Source of the DNA: an uncultured Thermus sp.
Lineage (GTDB): Bacteria; Deinococcota; Deinococci; Deinococcales; Thermaceae
Assembly (NCBI GenBank): GCA_947085095.1
Contig: CAMTVD010000014.1
Span: 96,001 to 160,000, forward strand
Length of the DNA: 64,000 bases
Direction of reading: 5' to 3'
Shown here: in pieces, positions 1 through 11,450 of the stretch
Layout: the number at the start of each line of letters is the position of its first letter
Numbering within the stretch: the first letter of the stretch is position 1
The notes under the pieces: model-generated
What the model saw: only the letters and a program-made list of their open reading frames with translations
Told to the model about the DNA's origin: nothing
Database searches by the model: none
Made by a program: the position numbers and the translations under genes

Positions 1-1
1 G

Positions 2-427
2 TTTCCCGACCTCGAGGGCCTGCGCCTGGGGGCCTACTTCCACGACCTGGGCAAGCTGGCCCTCCCCGACAAGGTCCTGAAGAAGCCCGCCGCTCTCTGC
101 ACCGAGGAGTGGCGCCTGGTGGAAACCCACCCCGAGGTGGGCCTGGAGATCTTGCAAAGCCTTCCCTTCCTGCCCAAGACCGCCCTGCACGTGGTCCTCT
201 ACCACCACGAGCGCTGGGATGGCTCGGGCTACCCCAAAGGCCTCAAGGGAGAGGAGATCCCCCTGGAGGCCCGCATCTTCGCCGTGGTGGACGTGTGGGA
301 CGCCCTACTCTCTTCCCGCCCCTACAAGGAGGCCTGGAGCGAGGAGAAAGCCCGGCAGGAGCTTTGGGCCCAGGCGGGGAAGACCCTGGACCCCCGGGTT
401 GTCCAGGTCTTCCTGGAAATCGTCTAA
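2..427 (+). CDS. HD-GYP domain phosphodiesterase, 3' part (truncated by the window edge)
   Basis: Frame is open from base 2: GAYFHDLGK...HHERWDGSGYPKGLKGEEIP...ARIFAVVDVWDAL...RPY, the HD-GYP signature. Confidence 0.9.
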   Translation, partial: FPDLEGLRLGAYFHDLGKLALPDKVLKKPAALCTEEWRLVETHPEVGLEILQSLPFLPKTALHVVLYHHERWDGSGYPKGLKGEEIPLEARIFAVVDVWDALLSSRPYKEAWSEEKARQELWAQAGKTLDPRVVQVFLEIV

Positions 428-2242
<1,815 letters not shown>

Positions 2243-2269
2243 AACGCCCCTTTCTAGGGGAAATCTCCC

Positions 2270-2458
2270 CCTGCCTTTGGCCCTCCCCCGCGGTTGTCCC
2301 CCCCTCGCGGGGCTGGCTTTCCCTTGGGGGTTCTTGGGCGGGCGGGGCGGGCACACCCCGGGCGGCATCCGCGGATCCCTCGATCTTTCCCGGCCTTGGC
2401 CGGTTATCCCCTTGCGGGGTCCGCCACCTCGTGAGGCCAGATGGCCCCCTGCGCTTCC
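2270..2458 (-). ncRNA. glmS ribozyme/riboswitch-like RNA, variant (3' boundary approximate)
   Basis: Minus strand reads AAGCGCAGG-GGGCC(AUCU)GGCCU-CACGAGG-U-GGCGG-[insert]-AUCGAG-GGAU-CCGCGG-AUG-CCGCC-CGGG(GUGUG)CCCG. Conserved blocks are in the same order as in canonical glmS ribozymes, in the glmS 5' UTR. Confidence 0.8.
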
Positions 2459-2486
2459 CGCCTTCAGGGGCAAAAGCCCCAGGGGG

Positions 2487-2539
2487 AGTATAGGGGAACC
2501 CTTCCGGGCTTGACAAGACCCGGATGAGCCTTTTATGAT
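2487..2539. promoter_or_regulatory. Overlapping divergent sigma-A promoters for slpA (+) and glmS (-)
   Basis: Plus strand: TTGACA 2510-2515, 18 nt, TATGAT 2534-2539. Minus strand: TTGTCA 2516-2511, 18 nt, TATACT 2492-2487. Confidence 0.8.
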
Positions 2540-2670
2540 ACCTGCGGGCGCAAGGTCAAAGCCAGGGCCGAGGGTTGCCCGCTGGCCTTGCACCTGGGGC
2601 AGAAAGCGGAGAGGAATCGCGGTAACTCGCCCGCCCAAGCCCCAAACCTCCAAAGGAGGTGTAGGGAGAT

Positions 2671-5370
2671 ATGAAGAAAAGGCTTGTCACACTACTGGCC
2701 GGGCTTTTGACCGTCCTCTCCATGGGGTTCGGTCTGGCCCAGTTCTCCGACGTGCCCGCTGGGCACTGGGCCAAGGAGGCCGTGGAGGCCCTGGCGGCCA
2801 AGGGGATCCTCGTGGGCTTCCCGGACGGCACCTTCCGGGGCAACGAGGGGCTCACCCGCTACCAGGCCGCCCTCATCATCTACCGCCTCCTGCAGCAGAT
2901 TGAAGAGGAGCTGAAGGCCAAGGGCACCTCCCCCACCATGGAGGCCCTTTCCGCTGAGGAGCTGGAGACTCTGAAGAACGCGGTCCAGGAGCTGGCTGCG
3001 GAGCTGGCCGCCCTGGGCGTGCGGGTCTCGGCCCTTGAGGACAGCGCCGCCACCAAGGAGGACATCGCCCGCCTCGAGGCCCTGATCGCCGAGCTAAAGG
3101 CCCAGCCGGCCCCCGAGCCCGGCATGGACGCCGCTGCCCTGCAGGACCTAGCCGACCGGGTGGAGGCCGCCTCCATCGCCGCGGACACCGCCTTGGCCCA
3201 GGCCCAGCAGCTGGCCGAGCAGCTTGATGCCCTGGCCCAGGACGTGGAGGGCGTGAAGGGTGACCTGGCGGCTCTTTCCACCCAGGTGGAGGCCAGCGCC
3301 CAGGCCATCCAGGCCCTGAACGAGCTGGCCGTCCTCCTCAACCAGGACGTCCTCACCCTGCAGGATCGGGCCACCGCCCTGGAGAAGGGGCTGGCCGACC
3401 TCAAGGCCCAGCTTGGGTCCATTGACTTTGAGGAGTTCGCCACCCGCGAGGACGTGGCCGCGGTGCAGGAGTTCGTGGCCGCCCTGCGCTCCGACCTGGT
3501 GAACCTCTCCGAGAAGGTGGCCAGGCTGGAGGGCACCGTGGGCACCCTTTCCGGCAAGGTGGCCACCCTGCAGCGCAACGCCTTCACCATCAGCGGGAGC
3601 CTGACGCTAACCTACACTGCCAGCGACGCTAATAACTTCGGTGCTTACGACATTGACCGTGTCATCGGGGGCACCTTCCTGTCCAGCGGCGACCCTGACA
3701 ACGACAAGAACGTTGTGGAGCACGCTGACCCTGTGACCTCCGTTTCTGGCTCCACCGCCGCCAGCCTGAGCCTCACCCTCAAGACCGGTCCCTTTGACGC
3801 CAAGTCGTCCGGCGGGGCCAACAGCTACCCCGGCCTGGTGCAGTTCAGCCTGACCGGCTCCTGGACGACCCCCGGCGTTGGCGCTTCGGTCGGCGCCAAC
3901 CTGGTGGTGGACAAGGTCTCCACCACCCTCGCCGTGGCCCGGGACCAGGCCCTCTCCTTCACCTTCGGCCAGTCGGTGAACACCAAGTTCACCGAGTACG
4001 TGATGGACAACGAGCGCAACAGCCTCGGCCATGGCTTCGTGGCCACCCTGAAGGGCCTGCCCCTGGGCACCACCGTCACCGCCGCCTATGGGGAGAGGGA
4101 CCCGGGCACCGCTAACTACGACTACTTTAGGGCCATCCGCTTGGCCATCGCCCCCAGCCAGGCTTTCTCCGTCGGCCTCTCCTACGCCCAGCATGACGCG
4201 CCCTCCGTCGAGGAGGTGGGAGGCGTGGACGGGAGCCTGGACCTGGGGCCCGTGAAGCTCTCTGGGGAGTACTTCCGCTTCGGCAACAACATCCTCGCGC
4301 CGGGCTACTTCGAGGGCGGCTATGTCCGGGCTGAGCTGGGCCCGGTGAAGGCCAACTATCGCGGCCTGGCACCTGGCGCCAACAACCCTGCTGGGCTCAG
4401 TAACGACAACGATAACCCCTTCCGGGACGGCCAGCGGGGCTTCACCGTGGAGGCGGGCCTGCCCCTCTTGGGCTTGGACCTGGGCCTCCTCTACAACCTC
4501 CAGATGGATAGCACCTTTGGCGTCCCCAGCGCCAGCGCCTTCCGGGCCAGCCTGGGCGTGGGCTTGCCTGCGGGCTTCAGCTTGAGCGCCCGGGTGACCT
4601 TAGCCAGCAACATCTCAGGCGAGTGGTTTCCCCAAACCCTCAACTTTGCTCCGGGCGTGCCTGGCCCCACTACCCCTACGGATTACGCCACCGCCATCAC
4701 CGCCAGCCTCAGGCACGATGGCGCAGCCCAGAACGCCGCCATCAAAGGGCTCAACCTCACCCTCGCCTACACTAACCGCACCCTATTGGGTGGACCTAAC
4801 GACGGCTTGGCCTTCTTCGGCGACTTCGGCGGCCTGGCCCTGGGTCCCCTCAGCGTGGACAAGGTGGTCTTCCGCTACAACGACAGCAACCTCCAGAACG
4901 CTGCTGCGGGCCAGACCCTGAAGGGCGGCATCCGGGGCGGCCTCAGCCTGGCGGGCCTGCCGCTTAGCCCTGCCATCACCGGGGAGTTTGCCACCCGGGT
5001 GAGCGACGGCGGTCTCTCCGAGACCAAGTTTGGCTTCGGCCTGAGGTTCGGCCAGTTCTTCTGGGACAAGAGCGTCCTGGAGGTCAAGGCGGCTCAGTAC
5101 AGCGCAGTGGGCCTTGTCATCACCCCTCCTAACACAACTGACGCTGATAGGGCCTTTGACGCTTCCGCCGACTCGCTCTACACCTCTGCGGCTGGCCTGG
5201 GCGGCAACCTCTCCGGCGTCTACGTGACCTGGACCTACTGGGACCTCTCCTTTGCCTACGGCTTCTTCAGCAACCAGACCCTGGGGACCCTCTTCTCCGA
5301 TATCTTCAACCGCACCACCACCGGGGACTACGGCCGCGCCTTCCGCATCAGGTACACCGTCAACTTCTAA
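2671..5370 (+). CDS. slpA: S-layer/outer-membrane protein SlpA (signal peptide, SLH domain, coiled coil, beta-barrel)
   Basis: [36 protein letters not shown] motif; long heptad region; beta-rich C-terminal half ending in Phe; AGGAGG SD; divergent from glmS as in Thermus. Confidence 0.95.
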   Translation: MKKRLVTLLAGLLTVLSMGFGLAQFSDVPAGHWAKEAVEALAAKGILVGFPDGTFRGNEGLTRYQAALIIYRLLQQIEEELKAKGTSPTMEALSAEELETLKNAVQELAAELAALGVRVSALEDSAATKEDIARLEALIAELKAQPAPEPGMDAAALQDLADRVEAASIAADTALAQAQQLAEQLDALAQDVEGVKGDLAALSTQVEASAQAIQALNELAVLLNQDVLTLQDRATALEKGLADLKAQLGSIDFEEFATREDVAAVQEFVAALRSDLVNLSEKVARLEGTVGTLSGKVATLQRNAFTISGSLTLTYTASDANNFGAYDIDRVIGGTFLSSGDPDNDKNVVEHADPVTSVSGSTAASLSLTLKTGPFDAKSSGGANSYPGLVQFSLTGSWTTPGVGASVGANLVVDKVSTTLAVARDQALSFTFGQSVNTKFTEYVMDNERNSLGHGFVATLKGLPLGTTVTAAYGERDPGTANYDYFRAIRLAIAPSQAFSVGLSYAQHDAPSVEEVGGVDGSLDLGPVKLSGEYFRFGNNILAPGYFEGGYVRAELGPVKANYRGLAPGANNPAGLSNDNDNPFRDGQRGFTVEAGLPLLGLDLGLLYNLQMDSTFGVPSASAFRASLGVGLPAGFSLSARVTLASNISGEWFPQTLNFAPGVPGPTTPTDYATAITASLRHDGAAQNAAIKGLNLTLAYTNRTLLGGPNDGLAFFGDFGGLALGPLSVDKVVFRYNDSNLQNAAAGQTLKGGIRGGLSLAGLPLSPAITGEFATRVSDGGLSETKFGFGLRFGQFFWDKSVLEVKAAQYSAVGLVITPPNTTDADRAFDASADSLYTSAAGLGGNLSGVYVTWTYWDLSFAYGFFSNQTLGTLFSDIFNRTTTGDYGRAFRIRYTVNF

Positions 5371-5383
5371 GCGCCCTGGCCCT

Positions 5384-5415
5384 GCCCCCCGCCCCAAAGG
5401 GGCGGGGGGCTTTTT
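5384..5415 (+). terminator. Intrinsic terminator of slpA
   Basis: GCCCCCCGCCCC-AAA-GGGGCGGGGGGC followed by TTTTT. Confidence 0.9.
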
Positions 5416-5457
5416 CCACCCCAGTCAAGGCCGGGCGGGGGCCCTATACTCTAAAGG

Positions 5458-7464
5458 ATGACCTTCCGCTACCGGGGGCCAGCGCCCAAGGGGGACCAGC
5501 CGAGGGCCATCGCCGAGCTGGTGGAGGCCCTGAAGGCGGGGGAGCGCTACGTGACCCTCCTCGGGGCCACGGGCACGGGGAAGACGGTGACGGTGGCCCG
5601 GGTCATAGAGGCCCTGGGGCGGCCCGCCTTGGTCCTCGCCCCCAACAAGATCCTGGCGGCCCAGCTTGCGGCGGAGTTTCGGGAGCTCTTTCCGGAGAAC
5701 GCCGTGGAGTACTTCATCAGCTACTACGACTACTACCAGCCCGAGGCCTACGTGCCGGGGAAGGACCTCTACATAGAGAAGGACGCCAGCATCAACCCGG
5801 AGATTGAGCGCCTGAGGCACTCCACCACCCGAAGCCTCCTCACCCGGCGGGACGTGATCGTGGTGGCCTCGGTCTCGGCCATCTACGGCCTCGGGGACCC
5901 GAGGGAGTATCGGGCGAGGAACCTGGTGGTGGAAAGGGGCAAGCCCTACCCCCGGGAGGCCCTTCTGGAGCGGCTTCTTGAGCTCGGCTACGAGCGGAAC
6001 GAGATAGACCTCGCCCCGGGGCGCTTCCGGGCCAGGGGGGAGGTGCTGGAGATCTTCCCCGCCTACGAGACGGAGCCCCTCCGGGTGGAGCTCTTTGGGG
6101 ACGAGGTGGAGCGCATCCTCCAGGTCCACCCCATCACGGGGGAAAGGCTTCGCGAGCTTCCCGGCTTCGTCCTCTTCCCCGCCACCCACTACCTAAGCCC
6201 GGAGGGGCTAGAGGAGATCCTGAAGGAGATAGAGAAGGAGCTCTGGGAGAGGGTCCGCTACTTTGAGGAGCGGGGGGAGGTCCTCTATGCGGCGCGCCTC
6301 AAGGAGCGCACCCTCTACGACCTGGAGATGCTACGGGTCATGGGCACCTGCCCGGGGGTGGAGAACTACGCCCGCTACTTCACCGGAAAGGCCCCGGGGG
6401 AGCCTCCCTACACCCTTCTGGACTACTTCCCCGAAGACTTCCTGGTCTTTTTGGACGAGTCCCATGTGACCGTGCCCCAGCTCATGGGCATGTACCGGGG
6501 GGATTACGCCCGCAAGAAGACCCTGGTGGACTACGGCTTCCGCCTCCCCAGCGCCCTGGACAACCGCCCCCTTCGCTTTGAGGAGTTTTTGGAAAGGGTG
6601 CCCCAGGTGGTCTTCGTTTCCGCCACCCCGGGGCCCTTTGAGCTTCAGCACTCCGGGCGCATCGTGGAGCAGATCATCCGCCCCACGGGGCTTCTGGACC
6701 CCCTGGTGCGGGTCAAGCCCACGGAGAACCAGATCCTGGACCTCATGGAGGGGATAAGGGAGAGGGCCAGCCGGGGCGAGCGCACCCTGGTCACCGTGCT
6801 CACCGTGCGCATGGCCGAGGAGCTCACGAGCTTCCTGGTGGAGCACGGGATACGGGCGCGCTACCTCCACCACGAGCTGGACGCCTTTGAGCGCCAGGCC
6901 CTGGTCCGGGACCTGCGCCTGGGCCACTTTGACTGCCTGGTGGGCATCAACCTCCTCAGGGAGGGCCTGGACCTGCCCGAGGTGAGCCTGGTGGCCATCC
7001 TGGACGCTGACAAGACGGGCTTTTTGCGGAGCGAGCGAAGCCTCATCCAGACCATGGGCCGGGCGGCCCGGAACGAGAGGGGCGAGGTCTGGCTCTACGC
7101 CGACAGCGTCTCCGAGGCCATGGAGAAGGCCATCCGGGAGACGAACCGGAGAAGGGCCCTCCAGGAGGCCTACAACCGGGAGCACGGCATCGTGCCCAAG
7201 ACCGTGGAGAAGGGGGTGCGGGCGGTGATCCGCCCCGAGGGGTACGGGGAGGTTCCCCTAGTTGAGGGGGCTTTGGAGGACACCGAGGACCTGAAGGAGC
7301 GCCTGGCGGAGCTGGAGCTCGCCATGTGGCAGGCGGCGGAGGAGCTGGACTTTGAGCGGGCGGCGAGGCTTCGGGACGAGATCCGGGCTTTGGAGGCCCA
7401 CCTCCAGGGCCTGAAGCCCCCGGAGCCCGTACCGGGAAGCCGCAAGCGGCGGAGAAGGCGCTAG
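5458..7464 (+). CDS. uvrB: Excinuclease ABC subunit B
   Basis: GATGTGKT Walker [11 protein letters not shown] hairpin, DESH, C-terminal UVR domain ([11 protein letters not shown]); TATACT 7 nt upstream of ATG. Confidence 0.98.
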   Translation: MTFRYRGPAPKGDQPRAIAELVEALKAGERYVTLLGATGTGKTVTVARVIEALGRPALVLAPNKILAAQLAAEFRELFPENAVEYFISYYDYYQPEAYVPGKDLYIEKDASINPEIERLRHSTTRSLLTRRDVIVVASVSAIYGLGDPREYRARNLVVERGKPYPREALLERLLELGYERNEIDLAPGRFRARGEVLEIFPAYETEPLRVELFGDEVERILQVHPITGERLRELPGFVLFPATHYLSPEGLEEILKEIEKELWERVRYFEERGEVLYAARLKERTLYDLEMLRVMGTCPGVENYARYFTGKAPGEPPYTLLDYFPEDFLVFLDESHVTVPQLMGMYRGDYARKKTLVDYGFRLPSALDNRPLRFEEFLERVPQVVFVSATPGPFELQHSGRIVEQIIRPTGLLDPLVRVKPTENQILDLMEGIRERASRGERTLVTVLTVRMAEELTSFLVEHGIRARYLHHELDAFERQALVRDLRLGHFDCLVGINLLREGLDLPEVSLVAILDADKTGFLRSERSLIQTMGRAARNERGEVWLYADSVSEAMEKAIRETNRRRALQEAYNREHGIVPKTVEKGVRAVIRPEGYGEVPLVEGALEDTEDLKERLAELELAMWQAAEELDFERAARLRDEIRALEAHLQGLKPPEPVPGSRKRRRRR

Positions 7465-8528
7465 GCCAGGAGGAGAACGGGGTTCTCCAGGTAGAGGGCC
7501 AGCCGCTCCAAAAGCTTCCGGGCCAGGGGGGCCTCGAGGCCGGAGGCGGCCAGGACCCCATCGGGGGAGAGGAAGAGGCTCGGGCGGCCAGTGTGGACCT
7601 CCTCCTCGCCGAAGAAGCAGAGGAGGCCCTCCCCCTCCTCCCCCGCCTCCTGGTGGAAGAGGGCCAGGAAGGAGGGGCTGGGCCTGAGGCCCCTCACCCC
7701 TTCCCCCTCCACCCGGCCGAGGAGGGCCCTATGGGGGAGCTCCAGCTCGGCGAGGGCCCTTTCCGCCGCCCTGAGGAGGAAGGGCAGAGGGGTTTCCGGC
7801 ACCCCGTGGACCCGGTGGAAGGCGGCCAGGGCCCGGGCTATGCCTTCCAAGTCCACCCTCCTTCGGTGCACCCTGAGGGGCCCCGCCGCCAGGCCTGGGG
7901 CGGGCACGGGGGCCACCCCCAGGAGGGGGGCTGGGGGAGCCTCCTGGGTGGGGAGGGCTTCCCCCTGGGCGGAGGGCTCTTCCGGCTTCTTTTCCCCTTC
8001 CACCTCTTCCAGGGCGGGGGGAAGGGCTTCCTGGGCTTCGGCCTGCAAAAGGTCTTCTTCCCAAGCCTCCAGGGCCTCAGGCTCCGGCAAGGGCGCGGCT
8101 TCCAGGAGGTCTTCTTCCCAGGCCTCGAGGGGCTTTTCGGCCTCCTCCTCGGGGAGGAGAAAAGCCTCCTCCTCCCCCTCCTCCAGGAGGTCTATTTCAG
8201 AGAAGTCCAAGGCCAGCTCCTCCTCGGGCACCTCCTCCACCTGCAGAGTAGGGGTCTTGGGGGCTTCGGGGATGAGCTCGGCAAGGTCCACCCCTTCCCT
8301 TTCCAGGGCGGCTTGGGCCCGCTTCAGCTCCTCCTCGGGGGGCAGGGGCGGGGGGGCCTCGGGCATGGGGGGGAGGTCCACCTCCCCCGCCATCACCTTG
8401 GCCAAAAAGGCCAGGATGTCCCGCTCCACAATGGTGCCATCCGGACCTGTGCCCTTCAGCCTGCGCCAGTCTATGCCGTTCTCCTCGGCGAGCCGCCGGG
8501 CCAGGGGCGTGATTTTGGGTTCTTCCAT
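7461..8528 (-). CDS. E3-binding-domain protein with acidic linker and degenerate E2-like C-terminus
   Basis: N-terminal [33 protein letters not shown] (peripheral subunit-binding domain); C-terminal [16 protein letters not shown] resembles the E2 end. Confidence 0.75.
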   Translation of the reverse strand: MEEPKITPLARRLAEENGIDWRRLKGTGPDGTIVERDILAFLAKVMAGEVDLPPMPEAPPPLPPEEELKRAQAALEREGVDLAELIPEAPKTPTLQVEEVPEEELALDFSEIDLLEEGEEEAFLLPEEEAEKPLEAWEEDLLEAAPLPEPEALEAWEEDLLQAEAQEALPPALEEVEGEKKPEEPSAQGEALPTQEAPPAPLLGVAPVPAPGLAAGPLRVHRRRVDLEGIARALAAFHRVHGVPETPLPFLLRAAERALAELELPHRALLGRVEGEGVRGLRPSPSFLALFHQEAGEEGEGLLCFFGEEEVHTGRPSLFLSPDGVLAASGLEAPLARKLLERLALYLENPVLLLA

Positions 8529-8548
8529 CCTGGCCCTATGATAACAGG

Positions 8549-9613
8549 GTGGAAGCGCGCTTTGCCGAGCTCCTCGCGGCCTACTGCCTCGAGGCCGCCC
8601 CCGGGGAGACCGTCTTGGTGGAGGTGGAAACCCCAGCGTTGCCCCTTCTTCCCCACCTGAAGCGGGCCCTCCTCCAGCGGGGGGCCTACCCCCTCTTCCG
8701 CCTCAGCTACCCGGGGGAGGCCCGGGACTTCCTCCTTTACGGGGGAAGGTGGCTGGAAACCATCCCCGAGGTGGAGCGGGCCCTCTACGAGAAGGCGGAC
8801 AAGTTCCTGAGGGTCCTTTCCGCCGAGAACCCTCTGGAGGCGGCCTCCCTGGACCCCGGCCTCGCCCTCAAGCACCAGCGGGCCTGGCGGCCCCTAAGCG
8901 AGCTCCGCCTGCGGAAACGCTGGACCCTCACCCTCTACCCCACGGTGGGCTACGCGGTGGGGGCGGGCATGGGCACCCAGGAGTTTCGCGCCTACCTGGA
9001 AAGGGCCCTCTTCCTGGACCGGGAGGACCCCGTGGCCGCCTGGCGGGAGCTTGCCGCCTTCCAGGAGGAGCTCATCGCCCGGCTTTCCCAGGGGAAGACC
9101 CTGCGCATCCTGGCCCCGGGTACGGACCTCACCCTTTCCGTGGCGGGGCGCACCTGGGTGAACTCCGACGGGCGGCGGAACATGCCCTCGGGGGAGGTCT
9201 TCACCGGGCCCCTCGAGGCCTCCGCCGAGGGCGAGGTCCGCTTCAACCTCCCCGCCTTCGTGGGGGGCAGGCGGGTGGAGGGGGTCTACCTCCGCTTCCG
9301 GGGGGGAGAGGTGGTGGAGGCGAAGGCGGAGGTGGGGGAGGGCTATCTTAGAGAGGCTCTGGCCACCGACCCTGGGGCCAGGCGGCTTGGGGAGGTGGGC
9401 CTCGGCACCAACTTCGGCCTGGACCGCCCCACGGGCCTCATCCTCCTGGACGAGAAGATGGGGGGCACGGTCCACCTGGCCCTGGGCCAAAGCTACCCGG
9501 AGACCGGGGGGAGGAACGAGAGCGCCCTCCACTGGGACCTGGTCCTTTCCTTGAAGGAGGGGAGGCTCCTTTTGGACGGCAAGCCCCTCCTGGTGGAGGG
9601 CCGCTTCGTCTAA
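8549..9613 (+). CDS. Aminopeptidase, M29 family
   Basis: NMPSGEVFTGP, LGEVGLG, DEKMGGTVHLALG, SALHWD motifs. Confidence 0.9.
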   Translation: MEARFAELLAAYCLEAAPGETVLVEVETPALPLLPHLKRALLQRGAYPLFRLSYPGEARDFLLYGGRWLETIPEVERALYEKADKFLRVLSAENPLEAASLDPGLALKHQRAWRPLSELRLRKRWTLTLYPTVGYAVGAGMGTQEFRAYLERALFLDREDPVAAWRELAAFQEELIARLSQGKTLRILAPGTDLTLSVAGRTWVNSDGRRNMPSGEVFTGPLEASAEGEVRFNLPAFVGGRRVEGVYLRFRGGEVVEAKAEVGEGYLREALATDPGARRLGEVGLGTNFGLDRPTGLILLDEKMGGTVHLALGQSYPETGGRNESALHWDLVLSLKEGRLLLDGKPLLVEGRFV

Positions 9614-10380
9614 AGGTCCTGGCGCTCAAAGACCAAGGCGGCCAGGAGGGCGAAGCCCAGGGTGTAGATGAGGAGCAGGGAGAGGCCAAGCGAAGCCGCC
9701 TCCGGCCGCAGGTGCAGGTCCAGATAGGTGGTGAGGAGGAAGGGGGTGAGGGCGGGGAAGGCCACCAAAAGGCGCATGAGGAGGAGGGTGGCCACCGCCG
9801 CCAGGGCCCCCGCCGTGGTGGAGAGGAAGAGGGTGCCGTAGAGGAGGGCCAGGGAGGCGAGGGGCAAAAGCACCGCCCCCGCCAGGAGGTGGGCCTTTAG
9901 GAGCTCCTTCAGGGCCATGGTCGGGGTGAGGAGGCCCGTGCCCGCGAACCCCCCTTCCCCCAGGCCCGTGCCTCCGAAGAAGGGGCCAAGGCCGTGGGGC
10001 AGGCCCGCGAGCATCCCCCCCAGAAAGCTCGCGCCCAGGAGCACGAAGGGGTAGAGGAGGAGGGCTTGGAGCTTGGCCAAAAGGAGAAGGGTGCGGGGCA
10101 GGGGCCTTAGGAGGAGGCTTTTTAGGGTGCCCTGGGCCACCTCGCCACCCATGGACTCGCTGGCCGCCATCATCACCAAAAAGGGGAAGAGGAACTCCAT
10201 CCCCGCAAGAAGGCTCAGGGCCACCACCTGCCAGCCCGAGGCCAGGACCAGACCGTAGACCTCCTGAAGCCCGGGGGCCAAAGCCCAGAGGAAGGGGAGG
10301 AGGAAGGCGGCCAGTAGCCCGATCCGCACGGAGCGGAGCCGGAAGAGCTTGAAAAGTTCAAGGAGGAAGAGTCTAAGCAT
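9610..10380 (-). CDS. ABC-2 type transporter permease
   Basis: Multiple TM segments; GEVAQGTLKSLLLRP motif; coupled to an ABC ATPase. Confidence 0.85.
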   Translation of the reverse strand: MLRLFLLELFKLFRLRSVRIGLLAAFLLPFLWALAPGLQEVYGLVLASGWQVVALSLLAGMEFLFPFLVMMAASESMGGEVAQGTLKSLLLRPLPRTLLLLAKLQALLLYPFVLLGASFLGGMLAGLPHGLGPFFGGTGLGEGGFAGTGLLTPTMALKELLKAHLLAGAVLLPLASLALLYGTLFLSTTAGALAAVATLLLMRLLVAFPALTPFLLTTYLDLHLRPEAASLGLSLLLIYTLGFALLAALVFERQDL

Positions 10381-11251
10381 GCTTCACCCGTTCCTGGTAG
10401 TAGGCCATGAGGTCAAAGCCCTGGGGGAAAAGGGCCCGCACCCGGTAGCCTTCCCTTACGAGGGCCTTGAGGGCCGCCTCCTGGTCCCCCTCAAAGAGGA
10501 TGGCCCCGCCCTGGAGCCGGGCGGAGGCCACCTGGGGCAGGGTCTTGAGGAGGGCCAGGGCGCCTTCCAGGGGGTGGGCCTCGAGGCGGTACACCTCCCG
10601 GCCCCCTAAGGCCACCTCGTCCAGAAGCCTTCCCCCGCCCAGGATGCCCACTTTGTGGGCGTAGCGGGAGACCTCCTGCAGGTGGTGGGTGGAGAGGAGG
10701 ACGGCCACCCCTTCCCGGGCAAGTTCCCGGAGGAGGCCGTGGACCAGCTCCACCCCCTCGGGATCCAGGCCCGAGGTGGGCTCGTCCAGGACCAGGACCT
10801 TGGGTCTGTGGAGGATGGCCGCCGCCAGCCCCAGGCGTTGCCGCTGCCCCAGAGAGTAGCCCTCCACCTTCTGGTCGGCCACGGCGAGGAGCTTGAGCCG
10901 GGCCAGGACCTCGCTCACCCGGGCCTCCTCCTTGACCCCGGTAAGGTAGGCGGAAAGGCGCAGGTTCTCCCGCCCGGTGAGGTAGGGGTAGAAGGCGGCA
11001 GGGGCCTCCACCACCGCCCCCAGGTGGCGCCTGGCGGCGGGGGTCTTGTGGACGTCCTCCCCCATGATGAGGGCCCGGCCAGTGGTGGGGAAGGCCAGGC
11101 CCGTGACGAGACGTATCAGGGTGGTCTTGCCCGAGCCGTTGGGGCCCGCCAGGGCGTAAACCTCCCCCGGGCGCACGGCGAGGCTCACCCCTTCCAGGAT
11201 GGGCTTCCGGCCGTACCGCTTGCCGATGCCCTCTAGCCTCAGGGCTTCCAT
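10373..11251 (-). CDS. ABC transporter ATP-binding protein
   Basis: GPNGSGKT, YSLGQRQRL, LDEPTSGLD; ATG at 11251 with TAGTAT 7 nt upstream. Confidence 0.92.
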   Translation of the reverse strand: MEALRLEGIGKRYGRKPILEGVSLAVRPGEVYALAGPNGSGKTTLIRLVTGLAFPTTGRALIMGEDVHKTPAARRHLGAVVEAPAAFYPYLTGRENLRLSAYLTGVKEEARVSEVLARLKLLAVADQKVEGYSLGQRQRLGLAAAILHRPKVLVLDEPTSGLDPEGVELVHGLLRELAREGVAVLLSTHHLQEVSRYAHKVGILGGGRLLDEVALGGREVYRLEAHPLEGALALLKTLPQVASARLQGGAILFEGDQEAALKALVREGYRVRALFPQGFDLMAYYQERVKHA

Positions 11252-11269
11252 GGGTGCTATACTACCCAA

Positions 11270-11369
11270 GCCCCCGGTCCAGCGCGGCGGTCCGGGCGTG
11301 AACCGGGTCAGGTCCGGAAGGAAGCAGCCCTAAGCGCCACGGGTCGGGTGCCGCTGGGTAGCCGGGGGC
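11270..11369 (+). ncRNA. ffs: Signal recognition particle RNA (4.5S)
   Basis: Contains TCAGGTCCGGAAGGAAGCAGC (domain IV); ends pair GCCCCCGG/CCGGGGGC; TATACT just upstream. Confidence 0.95.
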
Positions 11370-11372
11370 GGT

Positions 11373-11393
11373 TTATCCACAGGGTTATCCACA
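11373..11393 (+). promoter_or_regulatory. Two tandem perfect DnaA boxes
   Basis: TTATCCACA at 11373-11381 and 11385-11393. Confidence 0.65.
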
Positions 11394-11450
11394 GGCCCAG
11401 CTGGCCCTTGCCCACGGGCTCCCGGATAAAAAGCTCCTTGGACACGTGGT

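Noticed and set aside
2243..2653. 137-aa N-terminal extension of GlmS in the ORF track
   Set aside because: GlmS needs Cys at the mature N-terminus (MCGI at 2242). The upstream region is leader RNA and promoters that happen to lack stops.
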